A stretch of 61,774 nucleotides of DNA, the filler included, from Myxococcota bacterium (lineage in GTDB: Bacteria > Myxococcota_C > UBA6777): assembly GCA_023150835.1 (NCBI GenBank). It is 4 parts of 4 records of this genome, joined end to end, with 100 filler letters (N's around TTAATTAATTAA, not from the genome) between each part and the next. Parts side by side here need not be neighbours in the genome. Positions count along the whole stretch, not along the records: positions 51,389 to 61,774 come from JAKLKB010000178.1; 3 more parts are not named here. One strand, 5' to 3'. The notes under the pieces are model-generated. The model made no database searches. It was not told where the DNA came from and worked only from the letters and a program-made list of their open reading frames with translations. The position numbers were made by a program, and so were the translations under genes. This document shows, one piece after another, positions 60,825-61,774 of this stretch. How positions within the stretch are numbered: position 1 is the first letter of the stretch; every line of letters starts with the position of its first letter.

Positions 60825-61397
60825 ATGGAGGTTTTGATGTACACATCCCCTGTTGCTTTCTCTCGTATCTTTCGCCTGTTCAGCATCTTTCTTCTTCCCA
60901 TGATCGCCGCATGGAGCCTTATGACGGCCTGCCCCGCTCCCAACGCCACCCCCGACGGCAGCACCGAAACCACCCCCGACGGCAGCACCGAAACCACCCC
61001 CGACGGCAGCACCCAAGAAACCATGTCCGAAGCCACTCCCGAAGGCAGCGGTGCGATCCGTTCGCTTGTCACCAAAGAAGGCACTTACCGCGTGGTCTAC
61101 GTCCCTGCCCCCGATCCCATCCCCCTCAACGAAAACTTTGCGATCAACTTCACCGTCACCTACGCGGATGGCCGTGAGATGGCCCTTCCCGCCGATCTTG
61201 AATTAAAAGCCGACGCCACCATGCCTGCCCACAAACACGGGATGCTCCAAAAACCCACGATCCAAAAAGAAACGACCGGAAAGTACAAAGTCGACGGGAT
61301 GAAGTTCCACATGCCCGGTCAATGGGTGATGAAAGTCGACCTCACTTCGGGCGCAAAAACCGAAACTGTCGACTTCGAGATCAATCTGTCCAACTGA
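60825..61397 (+). CDS. YtkA/FixH-like lipoprotein with TPDGSTET repeats
   Basis: LMTAC lipobox; DATMPAHKHGM, G.Y...FHMPGQW. Confidence 0.85.
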   Translation: MEVLMYTSPVAFSRIFRLFSIFLLPMIAAWSLMTACPAPNATPDGSTETTPDGSTETTPDGSTQETMSEATPEGSGAIRSLVTKEGTYRVVYVPAPDPIPLNENFAINFTVTYADGREMALPADLELKADATMPAHKHGMLQKPTIQKETTGKYKVDGMKFHMPGQWVMKVDLTSGAKTETVDFEINLSN

Positions 61398-61407
61398 TCG
61401 AGGAGTC

Positions 61408-61656
61408 ATACGAAATCCGCCCATCGCGTAACCTTAACGGTGTAGGGGCAGACAGATGTGGCTGCCCAAGAATCGGGCGTATACGCAATATCTTACGATC
61501 ACACATCACTCGGATATCGTATGACGCATTCGGCCCCCCAAAAACCGTGTTCGCACCCTTCCAAGCGAGAGCGTCGTCTGTTTGAAAAACTACCGATCTC
61601 TTCGCCAATACGGGGTCAAGGGAGCCGCGCTCCCTGCGGGGCGTGGGGCAGCGCCC
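61408..61656 (+). repeat. Family A element (61408-61522) followed by a family B element
   Basis: ATACGAAATCCG..CGGATATCGTAT; AAAAACCGTGTTCGC..CGGGGTCAAGGG..GGGCAGCGCCC. Confidence 0.85.
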
Positions 61657-61774
61657 CATACGCGCCTTGTTAAGGTGGAAACCTCGTAGAGTCGGTCTTG
61701 ATCGCCTTTTTTTTTCTCCCCCCCTCAATCCCCCCGGCCAACGGGGGGAAGTTGGAACGGGCAGCGTCTGCATT
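61657..61774. mobile_element. End of the IS4/IS231-like element, truncated by the window end
   Basis: Matches 22364 onward; begins CATACGCGCCTTGTTAAG after GGGCAGCGCCC. Confidence 0.85.

Overview
The window is four bacterial contigs (1-22500, 22601-33253, 33354-51288, 51389-61774) joined by artificial N/TTAATTAATTAA linkers, so nothing can be assumed adjacent across a linker. Gene content points to a Myxococcota/deltaproteobacterial genome: FHA-Ser/Thr kinase-PEGA module, pilD plus HAMP kinase, Cys-rich and MYXO-CTERM-like surface proteins. Housekeeping genes are thrC, argS, mpl (partial), rpiB-glyA-nrdR-ribD-ribB-ribH-nusB, the cbb3-oxidase assembly genes (ccoG, ccoH, DsbD-like, ccoI, ccoS), mce and gshA, plus the 5' end of a 16S rRNA gene behind four tandem sigma70 promoters. 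Most notable: (i) two orphan all-helical genes, each with its own promoter and next to a tandem array of 41-bp or 21-bp period, the 41-bp array switching sequence while keeping its phase; (ii) nested miniature elements, including an IS4/IS231-like element found four times in the GGG-N5-CCC site of a GC-rich hairpin, once with a visible 11-bp target duplication; (iii) three accessory loci (Lon-like protease, TnpB, XhoI-like restriction-modification pair) that have lost their catalytic cores by internal deletion; (iv) frequent in-frame tandem-repeat expansions in conserved proteins. Family assignments come from motif recognition only; no database searches were run.
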